Positions 8,026 to 17,428 of a DNA stretch of 64,000 bases are shown here, in pieces. A program made the translations under genes and the position numbers. Where the stretch lies: assembly GCA_001189215.1 (NCBI GenBank), contig LFCR01000002.1, forward strand, positions 74,677-138,676, written 5' to 3'. Numbering within the stretch: the first letter of the stretch is position 1; each line of letters opens with the position of its first letter. The DNA comes from Parcubacteria bacterium C7867-008. Its GTDB lineage: Bacteria; Patescibacteriota; Minisyncoccia; Phycocordibacterales; Phycocordibacteraceae. The notes beneath the pieces were generated by a model. It had not been told where the DNA came from. It searched no databases and saw only the letters and a program-made list of their open reading frames with translations.

Positions 8026-8541
8026 ATGGCAGTAATCAAACACCCCGCACAACGGGTAGGAGTATTTATAGATACTCAGAATCTATATCACAGCGCAAAG
8101 CATCTTTATAAATCTCGTGTTAATTTCGCGAATGTTCTTGCAGAAGCAGTGGGGGATCGTATCCTCGTGCGTGCAATTGCATACGTTATAAGCACTGAAA
8201 GCGGTGAAGAGAGTAATTTCTTTGACGCTCTCACAAAGATCGGTATTGAAACGAAGGTTAAAGGTCTTCAAGTGTTCTCAGATGGTGCCAAAAAGGCAGA
8301 CTGGGACGTTGGTCTTGCCATTGATGCAGTTAAACTCGCTCCAAAACTCGACACTATTATCCTTGCAACAGGTGACGGAGACTTTGTTCCCCTCATCGAA
8401 TATCTCGATATGAATATGGGTTGTCAGGTTGAAGTTGTTTCATTTGGAAAATCTTCATCTCAAAAACTTAAGGAAGCGGCACACGCGTTCACCGATATGT
8501 GTGACAATCCAAAGAAGTTTCTCATTGGCGGACGCGGATAA
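8026..8541 (+). CDS. NYN domain protein (LabA/DUF88)
   Basis: FIDTQNL, KKADWDVGLAID, GDGDFVPL. Confidence 0.9.
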   Translation: MAVIKHPAQRVGVFIDTQNLYHSAKHLYKSRVNFANVLAEAVGDRILVRAIAYVISTESGEESNFFDALTKIGIETKVKGLQVFSDGAKKADWDVGLAIDAVKLAPKLDTIILATGDGDFVPLIEYLDMNMGCQVEVVSFGKSSSQKLKEAAHAFTDMCDNPKKFLIGGRG

Positions 8542-8607
8542 CATACCCGCATACTCACACGGCGCACGGCTCTTTGGGCCGTGCGCCGTGTACAATGATA
8601 TCTAGCT

Positions 8608-10032
8608 ATGGCTGACGATCCTGCAGCAACACATTCAGATACTTCATCAGACCCCACTCCGTTTATTCGTACCTATGCGAAGGATGTGGCACGCCTTACG
8701 GGTAAGCAACCTGTAGCGGTACATAGAGACACTCCAGAACCTGGTGTGGTATTGCCAACGGTTGATCCAACCCAATCCTTCAACAACGCATCCCCTCGTG
8801 AGTTCCCGCAAGAAGTTATCAGTGTTGGCGCAAGTGACACGGTAGCAAACTTAAATTCAGGAAGCAGTCCTGATCTCTCTAATCGTGAAGTGCGTCGTGA
8901 TGAAATCCTCACGCGCTTGCGTGCGAAGGTAGGAAGGGGAGACGATGAACATGAAATCCATGCTCCAGCACCAACCTATACAACAATTCCGCTTCCGCCA
9001 CCTCCACCTCCTCGAATACCCACTCCGGCGCCTCCGGTTTATATTGCTCCATCAACGCCACCAATTCCTGTACCACCACCTGCACCTCATAAAACACACA
9101 AACAAGCATTCACGTTCTTTGGCCATCACGGAACAAAAGGAGTTGAGAGCGATCCCTCACCATCAAACATTCACACCTTCAAGAGTGATTTCTCTGATCA
9201 CATCGATGATAAGAAGGCCACTACGTTCTCAGTACTAGCTGCGCAGAGCGATAGTAAAGAGAATCTTGCTCATGAACCGAGACCAGCAGTTACATCATCA
9301 AAGAAAAGAAACGTTCAATTTATCCTTGGTGGTATTGCACTGGTTATCTTTACGATAGGCATTGCGGGAGGCACATACTGGTTCGTTGCGCTTCGTACAC
9401 CAAGTACTGGTGTTCCATTTGTTGTTTCATCACTCATCTTTGCGGATGAGAAGGTAGAAATAAACGGTGAGATGGGTGACGAGCTATTGCTTGCGCTTGC
9501 TGCACTAGGACAAGGGCCTTCTGTTAAGGGAAATGTTGTTGTCACTTACGCAGTAACATCAACTGACGGAAAGAGTGGTGTCATAACCGCACCGCAACCA
9601 GGAGGACAGACTATTAAGAAAATGTTCCAGAGTGCTCCAGACATTCTTCTTCGCAACATTAGTGACGAAAGTACTTTCGGTATCGTACAGGCAGGGGAAT
9701 CCAATGCGGCATTCTTTATACTCGATGTGACCTCCTACGAGCGCACCTTCGCTGGCATGCTTGGTTGGGAACCGAAGATCGCTACCGATCTTTCAGTCTT
9801 GTATCCTGCCTACCAAGAAGCACCTATTTCAACCAGTACCCCTCGAGTTACCAGCTCCCCTCGATTTAGTGACTCATCCGTAGCAAACCACGATGTTCGC
9901 ATACTTAAAGACGACTCTGGGAAAACAATCCTTATCTACGGGTACCGCGATAAACAGACACTTATTATCGCTCGTGACGAAGCAGCATTCTCAAGCATAC
10001 TCATCCGTCTAGGCACTGCAGACGGGGAATAA
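8608..10032 (+). CDS. Hypothetical single-pass membrane protein with Pro-rich N-terminal region
   Basis: 474-aa ORF, poly-Pro stretch, one TM segment. Confidence 0.75.
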   Translation: MADDPAATHSDTSSDPTPFIRTYAKDVARLTGKQPVAVHRDTPEPGVVLPTVDPTQSFNNASPREFPQEVISVGASDTVANLNSGSSPDLSNREVRRDEILTRLRAKVGRGDDEHEIHAPAPTYTTIPLPPPPPPRIPTPAPPVYIAPSTPPIPVPPPAPHKTHKQAFTFFGHHGTKGVESDPSPSNIHTFKSDFSDHIDDKKATTFSVLAAQSDSKENLAHEPRPAVTSSKKRNVQFILGGIALVIFTIGIAGGTYWFVALRTPSTGVPFVVSSLIFADEKVEINGEMGDELLLALAALGQGPSVKGNVVVTYAVTSTDGKSGVITAPQPGGQTIKKMFQSAPDILLRNISDESTFGIVQAGESNAAFFILDVTSYERTFAGMLGWEPKIATDLSVLYPAYQEAPISTSTPRVTSSPRFSDSSVANHDVRILKDDSGKTILIYGYRDKQTLIIARDEAAFSSILIRLGTADGE

Positions 10033-10054
10033 ACCCGTGTGCTAGAATGGCGCC

Positions 10055-10411
10055 ATGATTGATACAACCACGTACCGTTCGCGCCTTGAAGAAGAGAAAG
10101 CAAAGCTTGAGAAAGAGCTTCTAAGTGTTGGTAGACGCAATCCTACGAACCCTATGGATTGGGAGCCTGTTCCACAGGAAGTAGGTCAGGAGTCTGATCC
10201 TACAGACCGTGCAGATCTTATAACGCATTTTGAAGACAACACGGCCATTCTTAAGGATCTCGAGATCCGTTATAACCAAGTTGCAGCTGCGATTGATCGC
10301 ATCGACACAAATACGTATGGAGTATGTTCTATTTCAGGTGAAGAGATCGAGGAGGATCGCTTGAATGCAGACCCCGCAGCTACTACCTGTAAGACACATC
10401 TCAATGCCTAA
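10055..10411 (+). CDS. DksA/TraR family protein
   Basis: Coiled coil with DPTDRA, AIDRI..TYGVC..SGEEI...RLNA.P.ATTC. Confidence 0.85.
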   Translation: MIDTTTYRSRLEEEKAKLEKELLSVGRRNPTNPMDWEPVPQEVGQESDPTDRADLITHFEDNTAILKDLEIRYNQVAAAIDRIDTNTYGVCSISGEEIEEDRLNADPAATTCKTHLNA

Positions 10412-10763
10412 TCCATCTAAGAAATCACGCCTCATTGCACTGATACTGGTGCTCGTAGTTGGTATGTTCGGTGCACACCGATTCTATGTAGGAAAGATTA
10501 AGACTGGTATAGCACAGCTAATCCTCACACTTACATTCTTCGGTGCAGTCATCTCTGGTATTTGGGTATTTATAGACCTCATAATTATTGCCGTTGGATC
10601 CTTTAAGGATGCAGAGGGCCTTGAGGTTAGTGTCTGGGAGCCAGAAACAACAGGCCATAAACCTGATACCACTTCAGAACTCGAAAAGTACGCAGCACTT
10701 CGGGACAAAGGAGTGATAACAGAAGAAGAGTTCCAGGAAAAGAAGAAAACCCTTCTTGGTTAG
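10404..10763 (+). CDS. TM2 domain protein with C-terminal SHOCT domain
   Basis: KSRLIALIL...GAHRFYVG; ELEKYAALRDKGVITEEEFQEKK. Confidence 0.85.
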   Translation: MPNPSKKSRLIALILVLVVGMFGAHRFYVGKIKTGIAQLILTLTFFGAVISGIWVFIDLIIIAVGSFKDAEGLEVSVWEPETTGHKPDTTSELEKYAALRDKGVITEEEFQEKKKTLLG

Positions 10764-10768
10764 AGAGA

Positions 10769-10809
10769 AATAGTAAAAGGCCCTCGCAGTGCGAGGGCCT
10801 TTTACTATT
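10769..10809. terminator. Bidirectional terminator
   Basis: AATAGTAAAAGGCCCTCGC-AGT-GCGAGGGCCTTTTACTATT. Confidence 0.85.
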
Positions 10810-10814
10810 GTTTC

Positions 10815-11888
10815 TTACTTAAGTGAACAGTGTGTCATCACCTTACAACCAGAGAAAGGATTCTTTGCGCTACGAACTTCAAAGTGGAGGTGATTACCGG
10901 TTGCCTCACCTGTAGCGCCTACATAGCCGATAAGTTCTCCGGCTGAAACCTTCTCGCCAACAGATGACACATCCTTACTCATGTGTGCGTAGAGAGTTTG
11001 TGAGCCGTTTGCGTGAGAGATAACCACATAACTGCCATATCCACCGTTCCACGCTGCATCAGCCTTAGAAATGATCACGGTGCCTCCAGCTGCTGCATAA
11101 ATAGGAGTTCCTGATGGCGCACCGAGGTCCACACCATTGTTTCCGTGTACTCCCTGGGTAAGAAGTGCTCCTGGAACAGGATTAGTGAAGTATCCAGAGC
11201 CAGCACTTACCGATGTTGTAGCCTTTGCGGTAGTCGTTGTCTTGGTTGTGGTGGTTTTGGTCGTAGTTTTTGCAGGAGCCTTGGTCGCTACAGCACTTAT
11301 TTCACCACCTGGAATAATTATCTGAGAATCTGCCTGGAGGCTTGCATCAGTACCAAGACCATTGAATGTAGCGATTTCTTGCGTATCAGCATTAAATTTC
11401 TTAGCTATCGAAGCAAGTGTCTCACCCTTAGCTACCGTATGCTTTATTCCCGACGTAGGGAGAATAACAAGAGACATACCCGGACGAATGGTGCTCTTAA
11501 TCGTTAGATTGTTGGCCCAAAGGATTGTGTTGGTTGAAACACCAAAGGATTGAGCAATCTTTGAAAGGGAATCACCTTCTTTAACTACATATACGGAAAT
11601 ACTGCCCTTAGGGTCTGCAGCAGTTGCTGAAGAACCACTTGCATCAGGAAGAGTGCCTTCAGGACCACTGCTTGCCATAAGGGCAGAGTCGTTTGAGAGC
11701 GCGAGCTCAACACCACCCTTGGTAGGGTTTGGATCGGTGTTTACCGCAGCCTCAAGGAGTTCGAGGGTAGGGTCATGCAGAATAGGTTGTGACACCTCAT
11801 CAGCGCTTACTTTCCTAAAAGGCCAGAACGCCCCTACTGGGCGTGGAAGGAAATATGCGCCTATTCCAGCGGCAATCAGGACGATCAC
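10815..11888 (-). CDS. LysM x2 + M23 peptidase (start uncertain; frame is open to CTG at 11984)
   Basis: YVVKEGDSLSKIA, HTVAKGETLASIA, HxxxD (HGNNGVD), YAHM, HLHFE. Confidence 0.9.
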   Translation of the reverse strand: MIVLIAAGIGAYFLPRPVGAFWPFRKVSADEVSQPILHDPTLELLEAAVNTDPNPTKGGVELALSNDSALMASSGPEGTLPDASGSSATAADPKGSISVYVVKEGDSLSKIAQSFGVSTNTILWANNLTIKSTIRPGMSLVILPTSGIKHTVAKGETLASIAKKFNADTQEIATFNGLGTDASLQADSQIIIPGGEISAVATKAPAKTTTKTTTTKTTTTAKATTSVSAGSGYFTNPVPGALLTQGVHGNNGVDLGAPSGTPIYAAAGGTVIISKADAAWNGGYGSYVVISHANGSQTLYAHMSKDVSSVGEKVSAGELIGYVGATGEATGNHLHFEVRSAKNPFSGCKVMTHCSLK

Positions 11889-12192
11889 CAGAAGGGATGC
11901 TGCGTATGAGTTCTGACTTGTGCCCGAAGGCTCCTTATCAGAAGAATCAATGAGGAATGAAATACGTGGTGAGGGGAACTTCAGTCAAACTTCAGAATAC
12001 AAAAATGGCTTACCTAGGCCATCTCTTGAGTACATCCATGTCTATCAACCCGGTAAGTATACCGCCCTCGAAGGCTCGGTCAACGGGTTGACAAGGTACC
12101 TGTTGAGAAGGTGAATAAGGCATGAATTGTGACAGAAAGTCAAAATAATGACCTATTATAGGTGGGGAGAGCGTCTTTGCTATAGTGCATTG

Positions 12193-14136
12193 ATGGATCA
12201 CCTGCAGCCTGAGTACGTTTCACATCTAAACCCACGCCAGAAAGAGGCGGTTCTTGCTACCAATGGGCCGGTTTCAGTGCTTGCGGGAGCAGGATCTGGC
12301 AAAACCTCAGTACTCACCACCCGCATATACCATTTAATGCGCCAAGGCGTACCTGCAGATAAGATTCTTGCTGTTACATTCACCAACAAAGCTGCTCGTG
12401 AGATGCGCGAACGCCTCCACGCCAAACTTCCAGACACACCGCTACCGTTTGTAGCCACCTTCCATGGTCTAGGTAGGGAACTGCTTCAAACGTACGGTTC
12501 TGTTATTGGCGTATCCCGTCACTTCACTATTTATGATCGTGATGATTCGAAGAGTGCGATACGAGAAGCACTTAAAGCGCTTGATGTTGATCCTAAAGAG
12601 GTACCGCCTGCTGCAATACTGTCTCGCATATCAAAAGCAAAGAGTGAGGGACAAACACTATCTGCATTTCGTGAGAAACATGGCCGAGAAAGTTTTCGTT
12701 CACGCATAACGGTAGACGTATGGGCACGCTACGATGAAACACTTAAGAAAGAAAAGGCACTCGACTTTGATGATCTCATTGTGCTTCCAGTACATCTGTT
12801 ACGTGATCATCTCGATGTGCGCGCACGCGTGCAGGAACGATTCTCACATTTACATATAGATGAGTATCAAGACACAAATGAGCTGCAAGGAAAACTTGCA
12901 CACTATATTGCGGGTGATCGTAAGAATATATTTGTTGTGGGTGATATCGATCAATCCATTTACACGTGGCGTGGGGCAACGATCGATAATCTTTTAAAGT
13001 TCGAAGAAACCTATCCTGGTGCAAAACATATTGTGCTCGAACATAACTACCGATCCACAGCGACTATCGTTGAAGCATCAAATCAAATCATCGAACGTAA
13101 CAAGAATCGAAAAGATAAACACGCAATCACAAACAACATGAAAGGTGATCGCATTACAATCCACCCTGCAGCCACTGCAGAAGGTGAGGCATTGTGGGTC
13201 GCACGTGAAGCACGTCGATTGATTGAGCGCGGTACAACGCCTGAAGAGATTGCGGTTCTCTATAGAACTAACTTCCAGAGCCGCACACTAGAAGAAGCGT
13301 TCTTGGCATGCTCTGTGCCATATAAGCTTCTAGGTACGCGCTTTTTTGACCGTAAAGAAGTTAAAGACACACTCGCCTGGATACGACTCGCGCTTGATCC
13401 AGATCGCGAATCAGATCGCATGCGTGCAGTGCAGTCACCACCTCGTGGGATAGGCAAAGTAACACTTGGAAAACTTGTGGCAGGGAAGCGTGATGAACTA
13501 CGCGCAGGAGATAAAGCGAAAGTAGACACCTTTGAAGCAGTGGTTGCCTCACTACGTGAACTTGCACAGACCGCACTACCGTCTGTGTTTGTAAAACTTG
13601 TTATTGAAAAGAGTGGCATTGAATCTTCGTTATTAAAGGAAGGTGAGGAAGGACAGGAACGTCTTGAGAACGTAAAAGAACTTGCAACACTAGCGAGTCG
13701 CCATGATGAAATACCGGGTCTCGATGGTATTGCTGCATTCCTTGCAGAAGCCGCACTCGCGGGTGATCAAGATGAGATGGATCGTCCTGAAGGAGAGCGC
13801 AAAGAAAAGAAACCAGGAGTAACACTCATGACCGTGCACGCAGCAAAGGGACTTGAGTTCGATGCAGTGTTTGTTACGGGACTCGAAGAAGGACTCTTCC
13901 CACATGAAGGTATGGGTGGGGAAGAAGAGCGTGACGAGGAAGAAGAACGTCGACTCTTTTATGTTGCAATCACTCGTGCAAAGAAACGACTCTTCCTTAC
14001 GCTCGCTCGCATACGTCGTATCTATGGAACAGACTTCATGTCTGAACCATCACAATTCATTCGTGATATTGATCCTGAACTCACGCACTTCGTTGATGCG
14101 GGTCCGTTCGGTCCAGAGGCTATCATAGAAGCATAA
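12193..14136 (+). CDS. pcrA: UvrD/PcrA ATP-dependent DNA helicase
   Basis: AGAGSGKT, DEYQD, VGDIDQSIY, TVHAAKGLEF, EERRLFYVAITRA. Confidence 0.95.
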   Translation: MDHLQPEYVSHLNPRQKEAVLATNGPVSVLAGAGSGKTSVLTTRIYHLMRQGVPADKILAVTFTNKAAREMRERLHAKLPDTPLPFVATFHGLGRELLQTYGSVIGVSRHFTIYDRDDSKSAIREALKALDVDPKEVPPAAILSRISKAKSEGQTLSAFREKHGRESFRSRITVDVWARYDETLKKEKALDFDDLIVLPVHLLRDHLDVRARVQERFSHLHIDEYQDTNELQGKLAHYIAGDRKNIFVVGDIDQSIYTWRGATIDNLLKFEETYPGAKHIVLEHNYRSTATIVEASNQIIERNKNRKDKHAITNNMKGDRITIHPAATAEGEALWVAREARRLIERGTTPEEIAVLYRTNFQSRTLEEAFLACSVPYKLLGTRFFDRKEVKDTLAWIRLALDPDRESDRMRAVQSPPRGIGKVTLGKLVAGKRDELRAGDKAKVDTFEAVVASLRELAQTALPSVFVKLVIEKSGIESSLLKEGEEGQERLENVKELATLASRHDEIPGLDGIAAFLAEAALAGDQDEMDRPEGERKEKKPGVTLMTVHAAKGLEFDAVFVTGLEEGLFPHEGMGGEEERDEEEERRLFYVAITRAKKRLFLTLARIRRIYGTDFMSEPSQFIRDIDPELTHFVDAGPFGPEAIIEA

Positions 14137-14138
14137 GT

Positions 14139-14924
14139 ATGTTTGCTAAGAAATCACTCGGACAGAACTTTCTCATGCACGCTCAGACGGCGGAGCGTAT
14201 CGTGCAAGCAGCCAAATTACCGGAAGGAGCACTCGTACTCGAAATTGGTCCCGGTACCGGTATGCTTACCCGCGCACTCCTTGCCCAGAATCTAAAAGTC
14301 GTTGCAGTGGAAGCAGACGACACGCTCGCACCTGAGCTTGAAGAGACCTTTGCTCCAGAAATAGCATCGAAGCAATTGAAGATTGTGCATGCGGATATAC
14401 GAAACTTCGATCCAAGCATCATAGAAGGGGAATACCACTTGGTGGCAAACATTCCTTATTACATAACGGGGGAAATCATTCGTTCCTTCCTTACCGCCGG
14501 ACACCAGCCCCGTTCTATGACTCTTTTGGTACAGAAAGAGGTGGCAGAGCGTATTGCACGAAGCAAGAAAGAGAGTCTTCTTTCGCTCTCGGTGAGGGTG
14601 TTTGGCACCCCAGAGTACTGTTTTACCGTGCCCCGGGGCGCATTTCGGCCTGCACCGAACGTTGATTCGGCAGTTTTAGCTATACGAAATATAGATTCTG
14701 AAGCATTTTCAGATAAAAGTAAGGAGAATTACTTCTTTTCCGTTATACGAGCGGGATTTGCACACAAGCGTAAGCGCTTAGCGAAGAATCTTGAGGATGT
14801 GGCATCTGTTGAACAGGTTACGTCCGCATTTGATGCAGCCTCACTGGACAAAAACATTCGTCCGGAAGATCTTTCACTTGAAGATTGGAAGCTACTTACA
14901 CAATCACTTTCAAACAGTTCATAA
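14139..14924 (+). CDS. rsmA: 16S rRNA adenine dimethyltransferase
   Basis: KKSLGQNFL, EIGPGTG, ANIPYYI, F.PAPNVDS. Confidence 0.95.
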   Translation: MFAKKSLGQNFLMHAQTAERIVQAAKLPEGALVLEIGPGTGMLTRALLAQNLKVVAVEADDTLAPELEETFAPEIASKQLKIVHADIRNFDPSIIEGEYHLVANIPYYITGEIIRSFLTAGHQPRSMTLLVQKEVAERIARSKKESLLSLSVRVFGTPEYCFTVPRGAFRPAPNVDSAVLAIRNIDSEAFSDKSKENYFFSVIRAGFAHKRKRLAKNLEDVASVEQVTSAFDAASLDKNIRPEDLSLEDWKLLTQSLSNSS

Positions 14925-14992
14925 CGTATACACACCATATATAGTTGCGCCCTGCTTCACGTGCTGATCATGGTACTATTTATCAAGCAATT

Positions 14993-16006
14993 ATGGCGTT
15001 GTCTGCTCGATCAATCCGCATCATCGCAGCATCAGCACTATCACTAGTGCTTATTGTTGGCGCATACGTTACGTCTGGTCCTATAGATTTTCTTAGGAGT
15101 CGAGTTGCAGACGCGCAGTCTACTGAATCACTCCTTAAGGCATACGCAGCAAAAGATAGTGATGGCGATGCACTTCCAGACTGGCAGGAAGCACTCTACG
15201 GTACTGACCCTAACAATGCGCACTCATTTGATAAGACGCTCACTGATAACGAAGCAGTAAACAAAGGTCTCGTTACCCCAAAGACGTCTGCGGTGGTGCC
15301 AGTTGATCCAGCACTAGATACTCCTGATACTGCTGCTGATGTTCCTGGGAAAGATCCGGCACCAGGCAGTATTACGGACGAGTTTGGAAGACAGTTTTTC
15401 CAAGAATATGTTGCTGCATCTAACGGTGGCCAACTTTCTGAGGAAGATAAGGATGCACTCATTGCAAAACTTCTTGCTCAGTACAGTCAAAAGGCAAGCA
15501 CAGTACTCATTTCAACCTATACCCCCGTATCAGTACGCACATCTTCTGATGTAACAATCACAGAGTATGCGGAGAGTATCGAACAGGTTGTACGTCAGAA
15601 TGATGTACCCCCTGATGCGAGTGATCCGGTAACACTTATGCAAGGATTCTTGGAAGACAGCGATCCTGCTGCATACAAGAAACTTGTTGGCCTTAGTAAG
15701 GCATACTCTGGAATAACAAAAGACCTTCTATCTGTTACCGTGCCTCCGCAACTCGCATCGGAACACCTCGCACTGATTCAGTCTTTTGACACGCTCGCGC
15801 GCTCAACAAAAGCAGTAACAAAATATGAAGATGATCCCCTCGCGGTTCTAGGGTCTCTCTCGCTCCTACAACCAACTGTACATACGCTTATGCTTTCTCT
15901 CCTTACAACTGGTCGTGGAGTTATTGCTGAGAGTGGGGAGCCAAGCGATGGAATGCCAGGTGCACTTATTCTAAAAGTGGTACGTGCCGCAGGAGAACAG
16001 CCATGA
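14993..16006 (+). CDS. Membrane-anchored hypothetical protein with Ca-binding-like repeat
   Basis: N-terminal TM; DSDGDALPDWQEALYGTDP. Confidence 0.7.
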   Translation: MALSARSIRIIAASALSLVLIVGAYVTSGPIDFLRSRVADAQSTESLLKAYAAKDSDGDALPDWQEALYGTDPNNAHSFDKTLTDNEAVNKGLVTPKTSAVVPVDPALDTPDTAADVPGKDPAPGSITDEFGRQFFQEYVAASNGGQLSEEDKDALIAKLLAQYSQKASTVLISTYTPVSVRTSSDVTITEYAESIEQVVRQNDVPPDASDPVTLMQGFLEDSDPAAYKKLVGLSKAYSGITKDLLSVTVPPQLASEHLALIQSFDTLARSTKAVTKYEDDPLAVLGSLSLLQPTVHTLMLSLLTTGRGVIAESGEPSDGMPGALILKVVRAAGEQP

Positions 16007-17424
16007 GTACAAACCGCCTCCCACGTATAGCGACTGCTGGAATGTGTTTTGCACTTGTCTTAAGTCTTACCTTTGCACCATTCTCATTTAGTACACCGAG
16101 AGCGAGTGCCCAACTTCCTGTTACCGATGCTGCGGTTCTTATTGCACTTACTCCACTTAATGTAAGTGCGGCAACAAGCGCAGAAGGTAACTTCTTTGAT
16201 GCACATATCCGTCCTATTCTTGATGGTCTCGCATGGACTGTAGCAAAAGTAGCAGTTCAATCTCTCACTCGTAGCGTGGTGAACTGGATTAACTCAGGTT
16301 TCCAAGGCTCCCCTGCATTCGTTGGAGACCTTAAGCAGAATCTTCAGGAACTCGGGGATACGGTTGCTGACGACTTTTTTGACTCACTTCAAGATAATAC
16401 GGGTGTAGATGTACGCTCTCCATTCAAAGACCAGGTGACCCAAGCACTTCGTGACAACTACTACCGCACAACGGGTGGATTCTACGGAAGCAACTACGAT
16501 CTAGATCGCTATAGCGATGATCCTGCTGCTTTCGTTAATGGTCACTTTGCGAAGGGTGGTTTTGACGCAATGTTTGCCGCAATGGCACAGGATGAGAACA
16601 CACCACTTGGTGCATACCGCGCAGGACAGGATTCACTTGCGAGAAAGGTTGAAGACTTCCGTGTAAACCGTCTCCACGAACTTACATGGGGCAAAGGATT
16701 CATGTCTTGGCGCGGTAACTGTCTCGTAAAGCAGCCTGCAGGCACTCCTACCTCTCTGCAAAAGAAAGATAGCTGTCTTTCTTATGAGATTAAAACTCCT
16801 GGATCGGTTATTGAAAGCACTCTTGGTATCACCGCATCATCCCCACTTCGTCAGCTTGAACTCGCCGACTCATTCAATGAGATTATCGGTGCACTTGCGG
16901 GTCAGCTTGTTGGACAAATACTTGGTGGTACGGGTCTTTCCGGAGCCTCACAGCCTCGCCCAGGGGGTGGTAGCTCATACTTAGATGAAGCAACTGACCC
17001 TGATCAGTACTCTCAAAACTCAACTAGCCTCGCAAATGGTTTCATTAAGAACGTTAGAGACGAGCAAACACGGACAAAGACCTATCAGAGGGATTGGCAA
17101 ACAGTGCAGTCTGCTGCAGAAGATGCAGGAAGCTGTGTTGACGACAGTGTAGTTCTTGATGCGGTTGAACGATCTAAAGCAGGACTTGAAAAAGCATCTG
17201 CTGCACTATCTGCACTCGACAAGATCAGTGCAAAGATATCGGCCGCTCAGAACTCAACTAACTCCTCAGCAGCACTCACCTCAGTCTCTGCTGAATTCCA
17301 AGAACTTACTTCATCAGGTACGTTTATTACTGCTGGTGAGCAGGTTGAGGCACAGACACAGGCAAGTGATTCAGAGGGTACTCTATACAAGAAACTCACA
17401 GCAACTTGCGGAAGTAAGCGATAA
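16003..17424 (+). CDS. Secreted hypothetical protein of the T4SS-like cluster
   Basis: Signal peptide ending ASA-QLPVTD; overlaps upstream gene (ATGA). Confidence 0.7.
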   Translation: MSTNRLPRIATAGMCFALVLSLTFAPFSFSTPRASAQLPVTDAAVLIALTPLNVSAATSAEGNFFDAHIRPILDGLAWTVAKVAVQSLTRSVVNWINSGFQGSPAFVGDLKQNLQELGDTVADDFFDSLQDNTGVDVRSPFKDQVTQALRDNYYRTTGGFYGSNYDLDRYSDDPAAFVNGHFAKGGFDAMFAAMAQDENTPLGAYRAGQDSLARKVEDFRVNRLHELTWGKGFMSWRGNCLVKQPAGTPTSLQKKDSCLSYEIKTPGSVIESTLGITASSPLRQLELADSFNEIIGALAGQLVGQILGGTGLSGASQPRPGGGSSYLDEATDPDQYSQNSTSLANGFIKNVRDEQTRTKTYQRDWQTVQSAAEDAGSCVDDSVVLDAVERSKAGLEKASAALSALDKISAKISAAQNSTNSSAALTSVSAEFQELTSSGTFITAGEQVEAQTQASDSEGTLYKKLTATCGSKR

Positions 17425-17428
17425 CCCT

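Noticed and set aside
17156..17428. N-terminal extensions in the ORF track (also 41418, 47901, 51429, 58072, 31939)
   Set aside because: They overlap upstream genes or tRNAs; downstream ATGs fit the protein families better
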